64,000 bases of DNA from Veleropilina oligotropha (taxonomy: Eukaryota). The stretch is from contig JBEUKZ010000020.1 in NCBI GenBank assembly GCA_048128005.1, positions 1 to 64,000 of the forward strand. Direction: 5' to 3'. Shown here piece by piece: positions 58,401 through 64,000 of the stretch. The notes under the pieces were generated by a model, which saw only the letters and a program-made list of their open reading frames with translations, did not search any database and was not told where the DNA came from. Position numbers and translations under genes: made by a program. Every line of letters starts with the position of its first letter. The stretch's first letter is position 1.

Positions 58401-59332
58401 ATATCTCGTCACGCCTATTATTCCATTGTTACTCTGCTCACAAGCAGCTAGGCTGACCCCGTTAAACATCGATTTTGTGAAATGCATTGCTGGTAGCACA
58501 GAAATTATATGCAGCCGATACGGATTTAGCTTTTAGTGACCTAGTAAAAAAACGATTTTGGTCACCAAACAGTTTTCACTGGGTCACCAAAAGCTTCGAC
58601 GTAAACATGGGGACCGTTTTAGAGCTGACATGACACTTTTTGAGCTGATCTAAGCAATAACGCTTCTCGAGAATGAGCACACTAGGTCAGCCACAGGCTA
58701 TGAATACACCAGGCAGTAGCAAAGGAGGTCTCGACACGGATACAAACATACGCCAGGCCGGCCTGGGTAGTGGCCGCTGTACACACGGTAACTTTTTGTA
58801 ATACAATCACTACCCCGGGGGTCTGAACAGGTGCTGGGAGCCTCCACGGCGGCCGCCCCGCCCCTAGTCTATACCCCCTAGTTCCCACCAGTACAACCCT
58901 ATCAGTTCTGAAATGGTGCTGGGAGCCTTATTTTCCCATTCTAAAAAGTACACTCACCCCCCCTGCTGCTGAGTTGAGATCCATATTAATTCTGAAAAGG
59001 TGCTGGGAGCCTTAATTTCCCTCGCCGCGCCCCCACATAAAAGGTATGGTCACCCCCCCTGCTGCTCATTCAGTTCGGCTGGGTGGGCCGAGGCAAATAT
59101 AATAATGAGGCAAGTATAATAATACTTATTTCCCTACCCAAGTAAAATCGCCGAGCTTTGGGGGCAAACGCGAGACTCCGTAACCAGAGTCCTGTGTACA
59201 ACCCACTGAGCCACGACGGCACTACAATCTCACCTTGTTTTGAATGCTCACATCAGAGCCTTTCTTTATTAAGACGTCCACAGCCTTGGGCTGACACCAG
59301 TAAGCGGCACAATGTAAGGCTGTCCAACCATT
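37452..59332 (-). CDS. Host ankyrin-repeat protein, 3' part (upstream exons not identified)
   Basis: Three 99-bp phase-0 exons, each one ankyrin repeat, with AG/GT sites: 59332-59234 (NGWTALHCAA), 41097-40999 (ADLTPLMFAA), 40216-40118 (NLWTALHWAA). Terminal exon from 39229 (RGELAADRA) continues to 37452 if one base is added in the T run near 38170. Confidence 0.75.
38567..39226 (-). repeat. Coding minisatellite, 9 x 72 bp (24-aa unit ELAADRAKTKELGDTLYNAYNMHC)
   Basis: Nine near-identical in-frame units in the last ankyrin-gene exon. Confidence 0.9.
39780..40180 (-). repeat. ~80-bp tandem repeat of the exon 3' half plus splice donor
   Basis: About five units, each containing LLEAGADPT codons followed by gtaagtatacagac on the minus strand. 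Confidence 0.8.
40387..40631. repeat. ~56-bp tandem repeat (4+ units), probably inside a non-autonomous Helitron-like element extending to ~40975
   Basis: Unit tggatattgagagctgtcc(c)nacaatgctatggaatgttccactacgatca; downstream gacgaacggac microsatellite and terminal hairpin. Confidence 0.7.
41290..41535 (-). mobile_element. Penelope-like retroelement 3' fragment
   Basis: Minus strand translates ILTREPDW..RREAIYIRQHKPTMNRDQGYQLPAIYHSLL, like the C-terminus of PLE GIY-YIG domains; ~26 bp recurs inverted at 41488-41514. Confidence 0.6.
42976..43065 (-). mobile_element. tRNA-derived SINE head
   Basis: Minus strand gggccaccgcggtagtcgtctggtctcgagtgccgactctg...ggttcaaatctcggctggggc with A/B-box-like motifs. 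Confidence 0.5.
43352..43513 (+). repeat. Left terminal inverted repeat
   Basis: Reverse complement of 58905-59066 with a few mismatches; contains two agcagcagggggggtga motifs. Confidence 0.92.
43696..43884 (-). CDS. Small basic hypothetical viral protein
   Basis: ATG-started MPQEDIPTLYSERSFRRVKNLL portion of ORF 43696-44049; no recognised domain. Confidence 0.35.
   Translation of the reverse strand: MPQEDIPTLYSERSFRRVKNLLNRGYNVLIVVLDDGEQAIYKKKTKDGRKGVVRNQTLAGPQ
44033..44308 (+). CDS. Small Cys/His-rich (zinc-binding) viral protein, 91 aa
   Basis: C..C..C..CxxH and CxxC..CxxC clusters; lies directly upstream of the replicase. Confidence 0.6.
   Translation: MWGTDTCQWLTISSTELCGKRCLNTYCKVHLARLRRNGWGTKPCIKCGKGVFNRFTLCRGCGYRNEDVKDWQRKKRAFQREFRRMAAIYHT
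44324..48199 (+). CDS. Fused replicase: derived (protein-primed-type) family B DNA polymerase + SF1 (RecD/Pif1-like) helicase + HNH endonuclease
   Basis: PolB motif A IDMKSCYP, B-like RDQGCSIIGKF, ASMLAYAH, C-like VATDSIY; SF1 motifs GGGGCGKT, IIWDE, GDQGQPPP, YALTIHSSQG, YLAVSR; C-terminal CAAC..SVDRVDNSRGHTRDNVRLTCLECN; N-terminal helix-extension-helix-like LRNLAKDYGI..KLKKHDLV. Confidence 0.85.
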   Translation: MIWRSVYPPSNMDDLRNLAKDYGIPARSKLKKHDLVRAIARVRAAEFRSRLERAMKTGRFPSIRGDVENPHKRGRRARELRQIKDEVDAALQARKYESQAEKNPRIRLKPLRAITDRIVKRSRKETLAHAIARKGPDLLISKMPRTAQDYQKDLLGQFTTPEGQRFIDLDDQVPPPVRLPAKEPWVELLSDAKDEFEVDGAAAAFSTWRVEVAGRLALDARMTDARAAQLLTALPKGEYVLRIKFLREWSEGDWVVEDKFDPVKAARKKGQGVFEISQDTKPGAITGVDKVYYENAYPVTAVVYGVYPLREPNPANLVPMKNGDLNCVAQRVVEHFEGALRGHGLTPTRRQKILEWEERVHVTGATVDDISILEKILKRAIVLRDIAGEDVFNSGKYQASMWKSIELICHNGHAWSKDLHFPQSREVHLYEGDVWEAIRQATQNEPLAVWLLGGTDQQLNVNQFVLQDGRTYRTKDDHERLQEACTALGNESLADRAFGVNHAASIMAKETNGWKPTPAGLLDDIQKACVEHGHGGLWNSMNYDTGDVCCIDMKSCYPASFLGKGEAKPYFERFGHPLHSMTRVAINGPLPQDIGTGFAEVVEWEFAQDIHPVIVAWFGKHFAENGWAPTLLLAFLVESGLLKSLKIRESIIAFKNQTDVWLPENRDQGCSIIGKFTQGAKADGKRLTRRLVTDQGELDFLVRDTRQSGTLVGAPQKCPLGHILTYYDGSQPQYAHLRASMLAYAHINLLSMLKRFSAAEAVRVATDSIYLKKASLEKLDDVTVYVAPRLCGCGEKSCISCLIAEPYLPPVAPAQWRDKGEQLYMPQEHAAYLPKPEYCCAANSSQPSTAPCYNDTLTHYRLSYLNGGGGCGKTTRAIELFRARNPVVFTPTHRLAKEMRTRGVKAQTYHSFFRWSGQNDWTPDRMGQKFIPRVIIWDEVCTVPRHILEMFLDWLGRHEVQVICCGDQGQPPPITGEMPHDWLRKTADYYEEIEVDYRAKDDPALQALKRRIRLQPDKVQCDEMRRTLPSCLGWDRFVNTWKPGDLILTSRQKVRERAQELLLQRHKEHFPDSMVPILYHPRDSRKQNIMVTIPGTSDREELVLNDVVEVTIEAAERAILTPDWRLGYALTIHSSQGLTIHDPQKVWIIDDYLQWSNLAYLAVSRVELLRQLERVTCPPDEGSEDRPPQAPQTEQQLRKTIQKKLVAYKRQDQATGLPGFNLKVDDILRLREAQNNRCAACNIELLWAYSPKDTQQFSVDRVDNSRGHTRDNVRLTCLECNRKRGFAVVNA
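48189..49187 (-). CDS. Retroviral-like (rve) DDE integrase
   Basis: HQADLL, ALTVVDVASRF, LQVDPGREF, GIVERFNRTL catalytic motifs; intact ORF. Confidence 0.93.
   Translation of the reverse strand: MDSKLARMYYSPKGYWKGIAAIKKLADAAKASEVEARTWLKRQAIWQIYLPAPRRIPRPKFDVVTPNEVHQADLLFLPHDKVRHKTYKYALTVVDVASRFKEAEPLVTKEAKGVAEALARIYRRSPLGWPKLLQVDPGREFMGAVSQLLAKNNVEVRRGRVDIHRDQGIVERFNRTLAERLFGHQYATEMQFAESAKEGQRSTEWVARLAAVVAALNGEVTRLTGKKPKDAIKAPRVAQKPGATVPGRQGKEQKLPSDVDVRYLYYDGELEGGHRRATDPVWSLKVYRLGRSVTKPDEPVLYYLLDGPPRGFVREELLVVPRDTQLPPVLRR
49443..49871 (-). CDS. Small viral membrane protein (N- and C-terminal hydrophobic helices)
   Basis: MASIAMLVGGALVNALAFSG...coiled region...ITFIILGMAATGLVAYKLA. Confidence 0.65.
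   Translation of the reverse strand: MASIAMLVGGALVNALAFSGSNFLFSKLRSSGVDAERKRHDIAVEQLNAAQTKWSQQRAERLDWLNVELRCQGHAVGTFRDVDAAIREYALITGKNLDPGLGGGPEPALSDYYTPSDGQKGREITFIILGMAATGLVAYKLA
49903..50142 (-). CDS. 79-aa hydrophobic viral protein
   Basis: Two hydrophobic segments; tightly packed in the minus-strand gene run. Confidence 0.65.
   Translation of the reverse strand: MTTPITDGKMLGNAVYHAAIVSGLAIGYARLTKMVFKGASPKLDFTVYDVGMVVLDVALAMATKDMLIKQGIIPADVLK
50168..50644 (-). CDS. Basic viral protein with single TM helix
   Basis: KKDPKKVAAGRAGAAARKAKQE basic helix, then VAVAAGTVALVFVVW. Confidence 0.6.
   Translation of the reverse strand: MTTPEVDQVIESQPIERVTSSTDSSVSKKDPKKVAAGRAGAAARKAKQEKLLASVRKMKEDLSAPTSVVVPSEQPGEAVPAAERPHAPDTRKSDLFNWTQVAVAAGTVALVFVVWKTSSERSNPGPSTPHQQPPDADARQPRAAPTIELKKQNPFHMQ
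50562..51175 (-). pseudogene. Hypothetical viral protein split by a frameshift near 50955
   Basis: MDSLIDQLM...RIDDMT continues in another frame as DEVEKHHARYEAKLGADVTKTLG...YGMYLAPLTAAL. Confidence 0.5.
51343..51975 (-). CDS. A32-like (FtsK-HerA) DNA packaging ATPase
   Basis: Walker A GQTGCGKT, Walker B YIIDD, SGRH arginine motif, VVTQ; 210 aa; adjacent to the capsid gene. Confidence 0.9.
   Translation of the reverse strand: MADSSKHCTKRFPHTKDPHSAIICGQTGCGKTVFMLELLEGEYRGVFRHIVVLCPTIKYNKAYQSCPWIWTDPEVYLVPPGERLHDWLRGFYRLFQGESTLYIIDDCAASKAMAKRRDMLTLLAFSGRHASQSVWVVTQKYNSVLKELREQTRWVALFHCKDRDSFEDCLRENDVIPSQDERTEVRRLLAETRHAKLLLKTDQPVAYSVL
51947..53252 (-). pseudogene. Putative double-jelly-roll major capsid protein (~430 aa) with 4-bp frameshift insertion
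   Basis: Size, beta-strand-rich sequence and position beside the ATPase; start MTSVYRRKLNPYRR at 53252; extra ttcg at 53120-53123 relative to copy 1 (NQQLLVRFP). The fold is inferred, not demonstrated. Confidence 0.72.
53289..54601 (+). CDS. Acidic/coiled-coil viral membrane protein (needs -1 shift in G tract at ~53704-53709)
   Basis: ORFs 53289-53765 and 53762-54601; long coiled coil, TM GVTIATILTAIGLAISTLVLAL, amphipathic helix and C-terminal TM. Confidence 0.7.
54594..55889 (-). CDS. Uncharacterised viral protein with C-terminal TM anchor (~431 aa)
   Basis: Intact and conserved in both copies, with many synonymous differences. Confidence 0.78.
   Translation of the reverse strand: MAKSAFVFNRSAAYPTGVVYPAKIKDEQLTRPSINVGNSSTTAFGADYPDVFQKYRLPHVASDGLIRAWQTTPMRFWQNKVNFAVWCATTGSGISSEDHLNATAAPLSTAVFTFHVYYQVRRILTEIQAPLPQDRTWDAFDTPYDQRAYEKICSEFGVSPHTDWRVKGPNGGLGTAYSYWTNNGYHPIGREYDPSRMSFTKGTTNTNLHVDYIAQAPALKNGWATFILDKSVGFTRAGVERLNDSIRTYVWAILGAQAQTRASILGSGTAFDAQKQFLANVEDAIASPVDLPAAIQRYQDGLQYARSKVDFVFGVGLYMAPSDMLLRIGQVAGYNNEIVVATEAQTLGLNTTVNAANPVPLNATGETGETGLVIPQDAVLPADAVTPKHRGSLPAVAPVAAVSAGATKHDEDKTALIVGGIVVGLAFIWLT
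55897..56637 (+). CDS. Putative minor capsid (penton, single jelly roll) protein
   Basis: GFYSFDDL, LHVHLEQL, ILAVVP and ITELKVYVTDADSNPIDNHG patterns typical of Polinton pentons; intact in both copies. Confidence 0.72.
   Translation: MFHTLTNVQEGTAVALLEPIDNRDGKLCVSLQSLDYWVGWHNVHAGAFFKTPDATVDVAPGFYSFDDLAKTMKRSLKNLQLDVSHATGLARIVVPEGTRLAISDDIRKLLGLDLSSFILDKAGNLNQPVRGVQGQPPPPPERSEWLRPGTYDGNKPVGFAIAPTLHVHLEQLSTTHNVKDGAPSTILAVVPITSQMFGEAGHYHSYPAGRRLQAGLITELKVYVTDADSNPIDNHGMPITAVLAIQ
56634..56999 (+). CDS. 121-aa hypothetical viral protein
   Basis: ATGA overlaps with both neighbours; homologue in copy 1. Confidence 0.65.
   Translation: MSSIYGTLPLPLLADEPSSPPTRWRFVLNCGVAPNKGLARREFMFPNTRGRFGLNPALLMIHLTPVQPAGGPKACSISKLGLNSDWLTLAFAIKAPWVGTLYLNVTADKGNQPPEQYSHEQ
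56996..57628 (+). CDS. Membrane/coiled-coil protein with N-terminal PSAP and LYPxL motifs, 210 aa
   Basis: MNNKPSAPTLYPQL; helix FRLQKVNELQ..YKKYRR; hydrophobic hairpin; KAKKHDEIRVLADSKLNTI; intact in both copies. Confidence 0.78.
   Translation: MNNKPSAPTLYPQLGGDVPSELHEAQSFRLQKVNELQGQLERERDTRAALYKKYRRGVNVVDGIDNGLVVATLGMGSAGIGLLSTIVAAPVVLVLELAALGCGLASMGGKYISRRLGVKAKKHDEIRVLADSKLNTITDHVSKALSDGVMSDDEFQPVTGEMEKYQAMKASIRDKSRKAHTAISQTQSELIERGRLEGRAELLKKIGAGD
57711..58142 (+). CDS. Secreted cysteine-rich protein, 143 aa
   Basis: Signal-peptide-like N-terminus, LRRN dibasic site, 8-Cys domain; last gene before the right TIR. Confidence 0.72.
   Translation: MKSMKSMLLCIAAVCFAAWGTTQASSRDTALILEHTWARYRNDPLYNPRFDPLRRNSLLRPGRDPTPDVSPPSCHYFIIGENDCSPATPRDTVTCVQCSTPSLCPGKNGEYYTMLSGCFGVWRKVGHISPCNCTLASGNYIFI
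58905..59066 (-). repeat. Right terminal inverted repeat
   Basis: Reverse complement of 43352-43513. Confidence 0.92.
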
Positions 59333-59556
59333 CTGAAAGCAACAAGTATTTAATGGGATGACACCAGTAAGCGGCACAATGTATATAAGGCTGTCCAGCC
59401 ATTCTGAAAGCAACAAGTATTTAATGGGATGACACCAGTAAGCGGCACAATGTAAGGCTGTCCAGCCATTCTGAAAGCAACAAGTATTCAATGGGCTGAC
59501 ATAAATAAGCGGCACAATGTAAGGCTGTCCAGCCATTTTGAAAGCAATAAGTATTT
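59294..59556 (-). repeat. ~65-70-bp tandem repeat of splice acceptor plus ankyrin exon start (4 units)
   Basis: Repeated tgctttcag|aatggctggacagccttacattgtgccgcttac on the minus strand. Confidence 0.8.
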
Positions 59557-59557
59557 C

Positions 59558-60151
59558 AACTAGAGGTATGATCTTCATACTGGCCCGCCTTTTGTATATA
59601 TCAAAATTAAATAATCAATAACTCTAATATAAATTTCCTAGTAACTGTCAGAAAGTATATATTTTACAATAGTTCATATGACCTGACCTTTGACCCAGTG
59701 ATCCCAACTTTGAACTTAAGCAAGGCCTAATGGTTATAATACAAGGTGTATACCAAATATGAAAGGGGTAGGTCTAGCGGTTTGTGTTCTATGTGACAGA
59801 GAGCAATCTTCCAAAATGACCTTGACCTTTGACCCAGTGACCTCATCTTTGAACTTAGGCAAGGTCTGATGGTATACAAGGTGTATACCAAATTTGAAAA
59901 GTGTGCGTCCAGCGGTTCGTCTCCTATGTGACAGAAAGCGATCTTCCAAGTCAAGAATGGAAATAGACGACCATGACCTTGGACCCATCTTTGAACTTGG
60001 GCAAGGCCTGATGATACATAAGGTGTATACCAAATATGAAAAGCATAGGTCAAGCAGTTCATCTTCTATGTGACAGAAAGCGATTAGCAGACGCTGTCGA
60101 CGATGGACGCCAGTCCACGACTATAGCCATGCCTAGTAGACGGGCCAATAA
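59558..60151 (+). mobile_element. Non-autonomous Helitron/Helentron-like repeat
   Basis: aactagag start, three ~120-bp subrepeats with tgacctttgacc, gacg-rich segment and terminal hairpin followed by an A run. Confidence 0.5.
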
Positions 60152-61096
60152 AGATGACATGATCTGAGCTGAAGTGCAGTTTAATTTAATGATAAAAACA
60201 TCTCCATGGGACAATTTGGTGTGGACTAATGCCCGAAACCATAACAAGAACAACACATTCGGATTATGTCTTGACCTTTGGCTGCTTGGACCGTCTGTTG
60301 TATATTAGTGTACGTTAAATACGATTATACATGCAAACATATTCATACAATACTTATACTTCAAATCATGATTTTCTGACAGATGAAATTTTATGATACC
60401 ATAATGACGTCAAACTAATTATGACGTCATGAAATAATGTCATAATTTTGCATAGGCCTAGTTTCCATAGTAATTATGCATGAAAGTACCTAAATTTTTA
60501 CAAAAAGGTCAAGGCATAATAAAACTGGAGAGAGTCGAGTGCAAGCATGCAAAATAGGCCAACTCCGAACACGTTCAAAGGCCACCCACCAGAGCACATG
60601 GCATCAAATACACCACTTTCGGCTAATTCTGCGCAGTCAGACGTCACAACTGTAAACACATTATGTGACTTCAGTATCGTTTAATTTTGTTGTTATTTCT
60701 TAACGAAATTTGCGAAGTTTTATATCAAGACCACAAATTTATAAGTAGTTGTCAGAAACAGGTTATATTTCACTCGATTGTCAACAAGTCCACCTGTTTG
60801 AGGATGCGTCTTTCATTTATCCCATTTGCATAAAGGGGAACGGCCACCGGATGGAAATGATGTACATGCGCAGACTTAGCCGACAAGATGACTGCCTGCG
60901 AAAACAGGGGGTTACCCAGACTGAATCGGGATTTCAAAGTACATTATTAAAATTTATTATGTAAAAACCATACACGATCGGAAAGAAAGGTGAATAAAGT
61001 TAACAAATATGAAATGATATGACTTAGTTGAACAACTTGCTTCCGGTGCCGTGCCAACGAATCATTAGGTGCGAAGAATTAACCGACAGCATCGTA

Positions 61097-61641
61097 CATG
61101 TTCAAGGGCCGCCCACCAGAGCACATGGGCACCAAATACATGTTCAAGATCCGCCCACCAGAGTGCATGGGCACCAAATACATGTTCAAGATCCACCCAC
61201 CAGAGTGCATGGGCATGAAATATGTGTTCCAGGGCCGCCCACCAGAGCATATGGGCACCAAATACATGTTCAAGAGCTGCCCACCAGAGCGCATGGCATC
61301 AAATATGTGTTCCATGGCCGCCCACCAGAGCACATGGGCACCAAATGCATGTTCAAGATCCGCCCACCAGAGCACATGGGCACCAAATACATGTCCGAGA
61401 TCTGCCCACCAGAGTGCATGGGCATGAAATATGTGTTCCAGGGCCGCCCACCAGAGCACATGGGCACCACATACATGTTCAAGATCCGCCCACCAGAGCG
61501 CATGGGCTTCAAATACATGTTCAAGATCCACCCACCAGAGCACATGGGCACCAAATACATGTTCAAAATCTGCCCACCAGAGCGCATGGGCATGAAATAC
61601 ATGTTCAAAATCTGCCCACCAGAGCGCATGGGCATCAAATA
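61097..61641. repeat. 42-bp minisatellite (~13 units)
   Basis: Unit cccaccagagcacatgggcaccaaatacatgttcaagatccg; a solo unit lies at ~60570-60610. Confidence 0.9.
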
Positions 61642-62147
61642 TACAGCAGCAACATGCAGTTCGTGCCGTGACCGATGTAGGGCCGAAAGTCGGATGGACA
61701 GACAGATTATCCAACGCTATATGCTTTAGCCACAGGGCTTAAAAATGCAAAGACCACCCTTTTACTGGACATGGCATATTAGACTGAAAAACAATATGAA
61801 GAATCCACTGAGAAAAACACACCTTTCAAACTGTCAATGAGAATCAGATTTGAACAGCGCAAATAATGTGTTCATTGAAAGCGAGCAATGAATAATGTCA
61901 ATGAAATGGAAAATCACAGATGGTCTTATTACGCCCTTCTCCAACGTTAATCCGTATTATTATCAGATGACGGTGCGTTACTAGTAGGATAGCTCGAGCT
62001 AGAGTCGACGGTAAATCTCTATAACGGCCCAATCAGCGGGACGTTATTGCCATTAGTGGTCCTTCGTTATGTCACGTGACGTGTGATCATGTGACCGGTG
62101 CCATTTACACAAAATCTAGCAGACGACATTTACAACTAGCAAATCCT

Positions 62148-63200
62148 GGACCCCGCAAGTCGAGGGGGTGCATCCCGGTCCACGGTGGCCATCAGGAATC
62201 AGAGACCCTGCAAGTCGAGGGGGTGTATCCCGGTCCACGGTGGCCATCAGGAATCCGACCTCGACCCCGCAAGGCGAGGGGGTGTATCCCCTTCCACGGT
62301 GGCCATCAGGAATCAGAGACCCTGCAAGTCGAGGGGGTGTATCCCGGTCCACGGTGGCCATCAGGAATCAGAGACCCTGCAAGTCGAGGGGGTGCATCCC
62401 GGTCCACGGTGGCCATCAGGAATCAGAGACCCTGCAAGGCGAGGGGGTGTATCCCGGTCCACGGTGGCCATCAGGAATCAGAGACCCTGCAAGGCGAGGG
62501 GGTGTATCCCGGTCCACGGTGGCCATCAGGAATCAGAGACCCTGCAAGTCGAGGGGGTGTATCCCGGTCCACGGTGGCCATCAGGAATCAGAGACCCTGC
62601 AAGTCGAGGGGGTGTATCCCGGTCCACGGTGGCCATCAGGAATCAGAGACCCTGCAAGTCGAGGGGGTGTATCCCGGTCCACGGTGGCCATCAGGAATCA
62701 GAGACCCTGCAAGGCGAGGGGGTGTATCCCGGTCCACGGTGGCCATCAGGAATCAGAGACCCTGAAAGTCGAGGGGGTGCATCCCGGTCCACGGTGGCCA
62801 TCAGGAATCAGAGACCCTGCAGGTCGAGGGGGTGTATCCCGGTCCACGGTGGCCATCAGGAATCAGAGACCCTGCAGGTCGAGGGGGTGTATCCCGGTCC
62901 ACGGTGGCCATCAGGAATCAGAGACCCTGCAAGTCGAGGGGGTGCATCCCCCTTCCACCGTGGCCATCAGGAATCCGACCTCGACCCCGCAAGTCGGGGG
63001 GGTATCCCCTTCCACGGTGGCCATCAGGAATCCGACCTCGACCCCGCAAGGCGAGGGGGTGTATCCCCTTCCACGGTGGCCATCAGGAATCCGACCTCGA
63101 CCCCGCAAGGCGAGGGGGTGTATCCCCTTCCACGGTGGCCATCAGGAATCAGAGACCCTGCAAGTCGAGGGGGTGTATCCCCTTCCACGGTGGCCATCAG
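62148..63200. repeat. 55-bp GC-rich minisatellite (~19 units)
   Basis: Unit ggtccacggtggccatcaggaatcagagaccctgcaagtcgagggggtgtatccc. Confidence 0.92.
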
Positions 63201-63284
63201 TGGCGACTAACATGCATAATCAAATGGGATTAAAAATTTTCACTGTGGAGCACGCAAAAGAAATCGCTTCAAACAAAACTCTTC

Positions 63285-63910
63285 AAACAAAATGGCTGCC
63301 ACGACGTCCATCTTGAAAACAAAAACAAAACAAATCATTATGCGACATGTCCTCATCATACCAAATGTGTATGTCAAATTTGAAATAAATCTGATATTAA
63401 CTTTTCACTTTAGAGTGGGCACAAGAAATCTCATCATACAAAATGGCCGCCGTGGTGGCCATCTTGGATCCAAAAACAACTAAAATTGTTAGGCGGTGTG
63501 TCCTCATTATAAGTAATGCGCATACCAAATTTGAATCACCTTGGATAATAACTTTTCACTGTAGAGCTCGCACAAGAAATCTCATCAAACAAAAATGCCG
63601 CCATGGTGGCCATCTTGGATTGGAAAACGACGAAAATCTTTAGGCGGCATGTCCACATAATAACAAACGTGCATAACAAACATGAATCAAATCGGATAAT
63701 AACTTTTCACTGTAGAGTGCGCACAAGAAATCTCTCCAAACAAACATCTTGGATCCGAACATAACTGACGTGCACACCAAATTTGAATCAATTCGGATTA
63801 GAACCTTTCACTGCAGAGCGCACACAAGAAATCTCTGCGGCGGACACGGCGGCGGCTGAACGATGTCTAAACCATACTATCCCTGGAATGTTACATTTCG
63901 GGGATACAAT
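63285..63910 (+). mobile_element. Non-autonomous Helitron/Helentron-like repeat
   Basis: ~150-bp subrepeats (aaaatggccgcc..ggccatcttgga), (gcg)n segment and tatccc...gggata terminal hairpin. Confidence 0.45.
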
Positions 63911-64000
63911 TACCGGTACTAGAATTTTGCAATCACACAGTGGATTAAAAAAACTAGACTATATTAGTATAATCATGAATCAGGAAGCGTTTGAACTTTC

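Larger units (their letters stand above)
43352..59066. mobile_element. Complete endogenous Polinton-like dsDNA virus/transposon, 15,715 bp
   Basis: 162-bp TIRs (AGCAGCAGG...CCTGCTGCT), 5-bp TSD CATTC (43347-43351, 59067-59071), GC-rich intronless dense ORFs: PolB-helicase, rve integrase, A32-like ATPase, putative capsid genes. Confidence 0.93.

Noticed and set aside
43352..59066. Interpretation as Helitron, LTR/Ginger element, prophage or contamination
   Set aside because: No HUH Rep, RT or LTRs; TIRs, TSD, ATPase and capsid-like genes indicate a Polinton-like element, and it interrupts a host SINE and intron cleanly.
61028..61729. Repetitive ORFs on both strands
   Set aside because: 42-bp minisatellite open in several frames; no splice or homology support.
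62076..63316. Long ORFs (229-382 aa) and CRISPR-like periodicity
   Set aside because: Products of a 55-bp tandem repeat with no unique spacers and no cas genes; open frames are a by-product of the stop-poor unit.

Overview
AT-rich animal genomic DNA with spliceosomal introns, probably from an invertebrate (inferred from the repeat families), almost entirely built from nested mobile elements. Left: a degenerate C2H2 zinc-finger array, then a 21.5-kb CACTA/EnSpm-type DNA transposon (4704-26155; CACTG termini, 2-bp TSD). It carries a transposase with two in-frame stops and an apparently intact 7-exon accessory gene starting with a CIDE-N-like domain; its introns hold a CR1-like LINE, SINEs and MITEs. 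Right: the main result is a complete 15.7-kb GC-rich endogenous Polinton-like virus (43352-59066; 162-bp TIRs beginning AGCAGC, 5-bp TSD CATTC) inserted in a SINE inside an intron of an ankyrin-repeat host gene. It encodes a fused replicase (derived PolB + SF1 helicase + HNH), an rve integrase, an A32-like ATPase, putative major and minor capsid proteins, many small membrane proteins, a PSAP/LYPxL late-domain protein and a secreted Cys-rich peptide, but no recognisable maturation protease. A diverged, left-truncated second copy (26597-33616) allows internal comparison. All family assignments come from motif recognition by eye and need HMM or structure confirmation.
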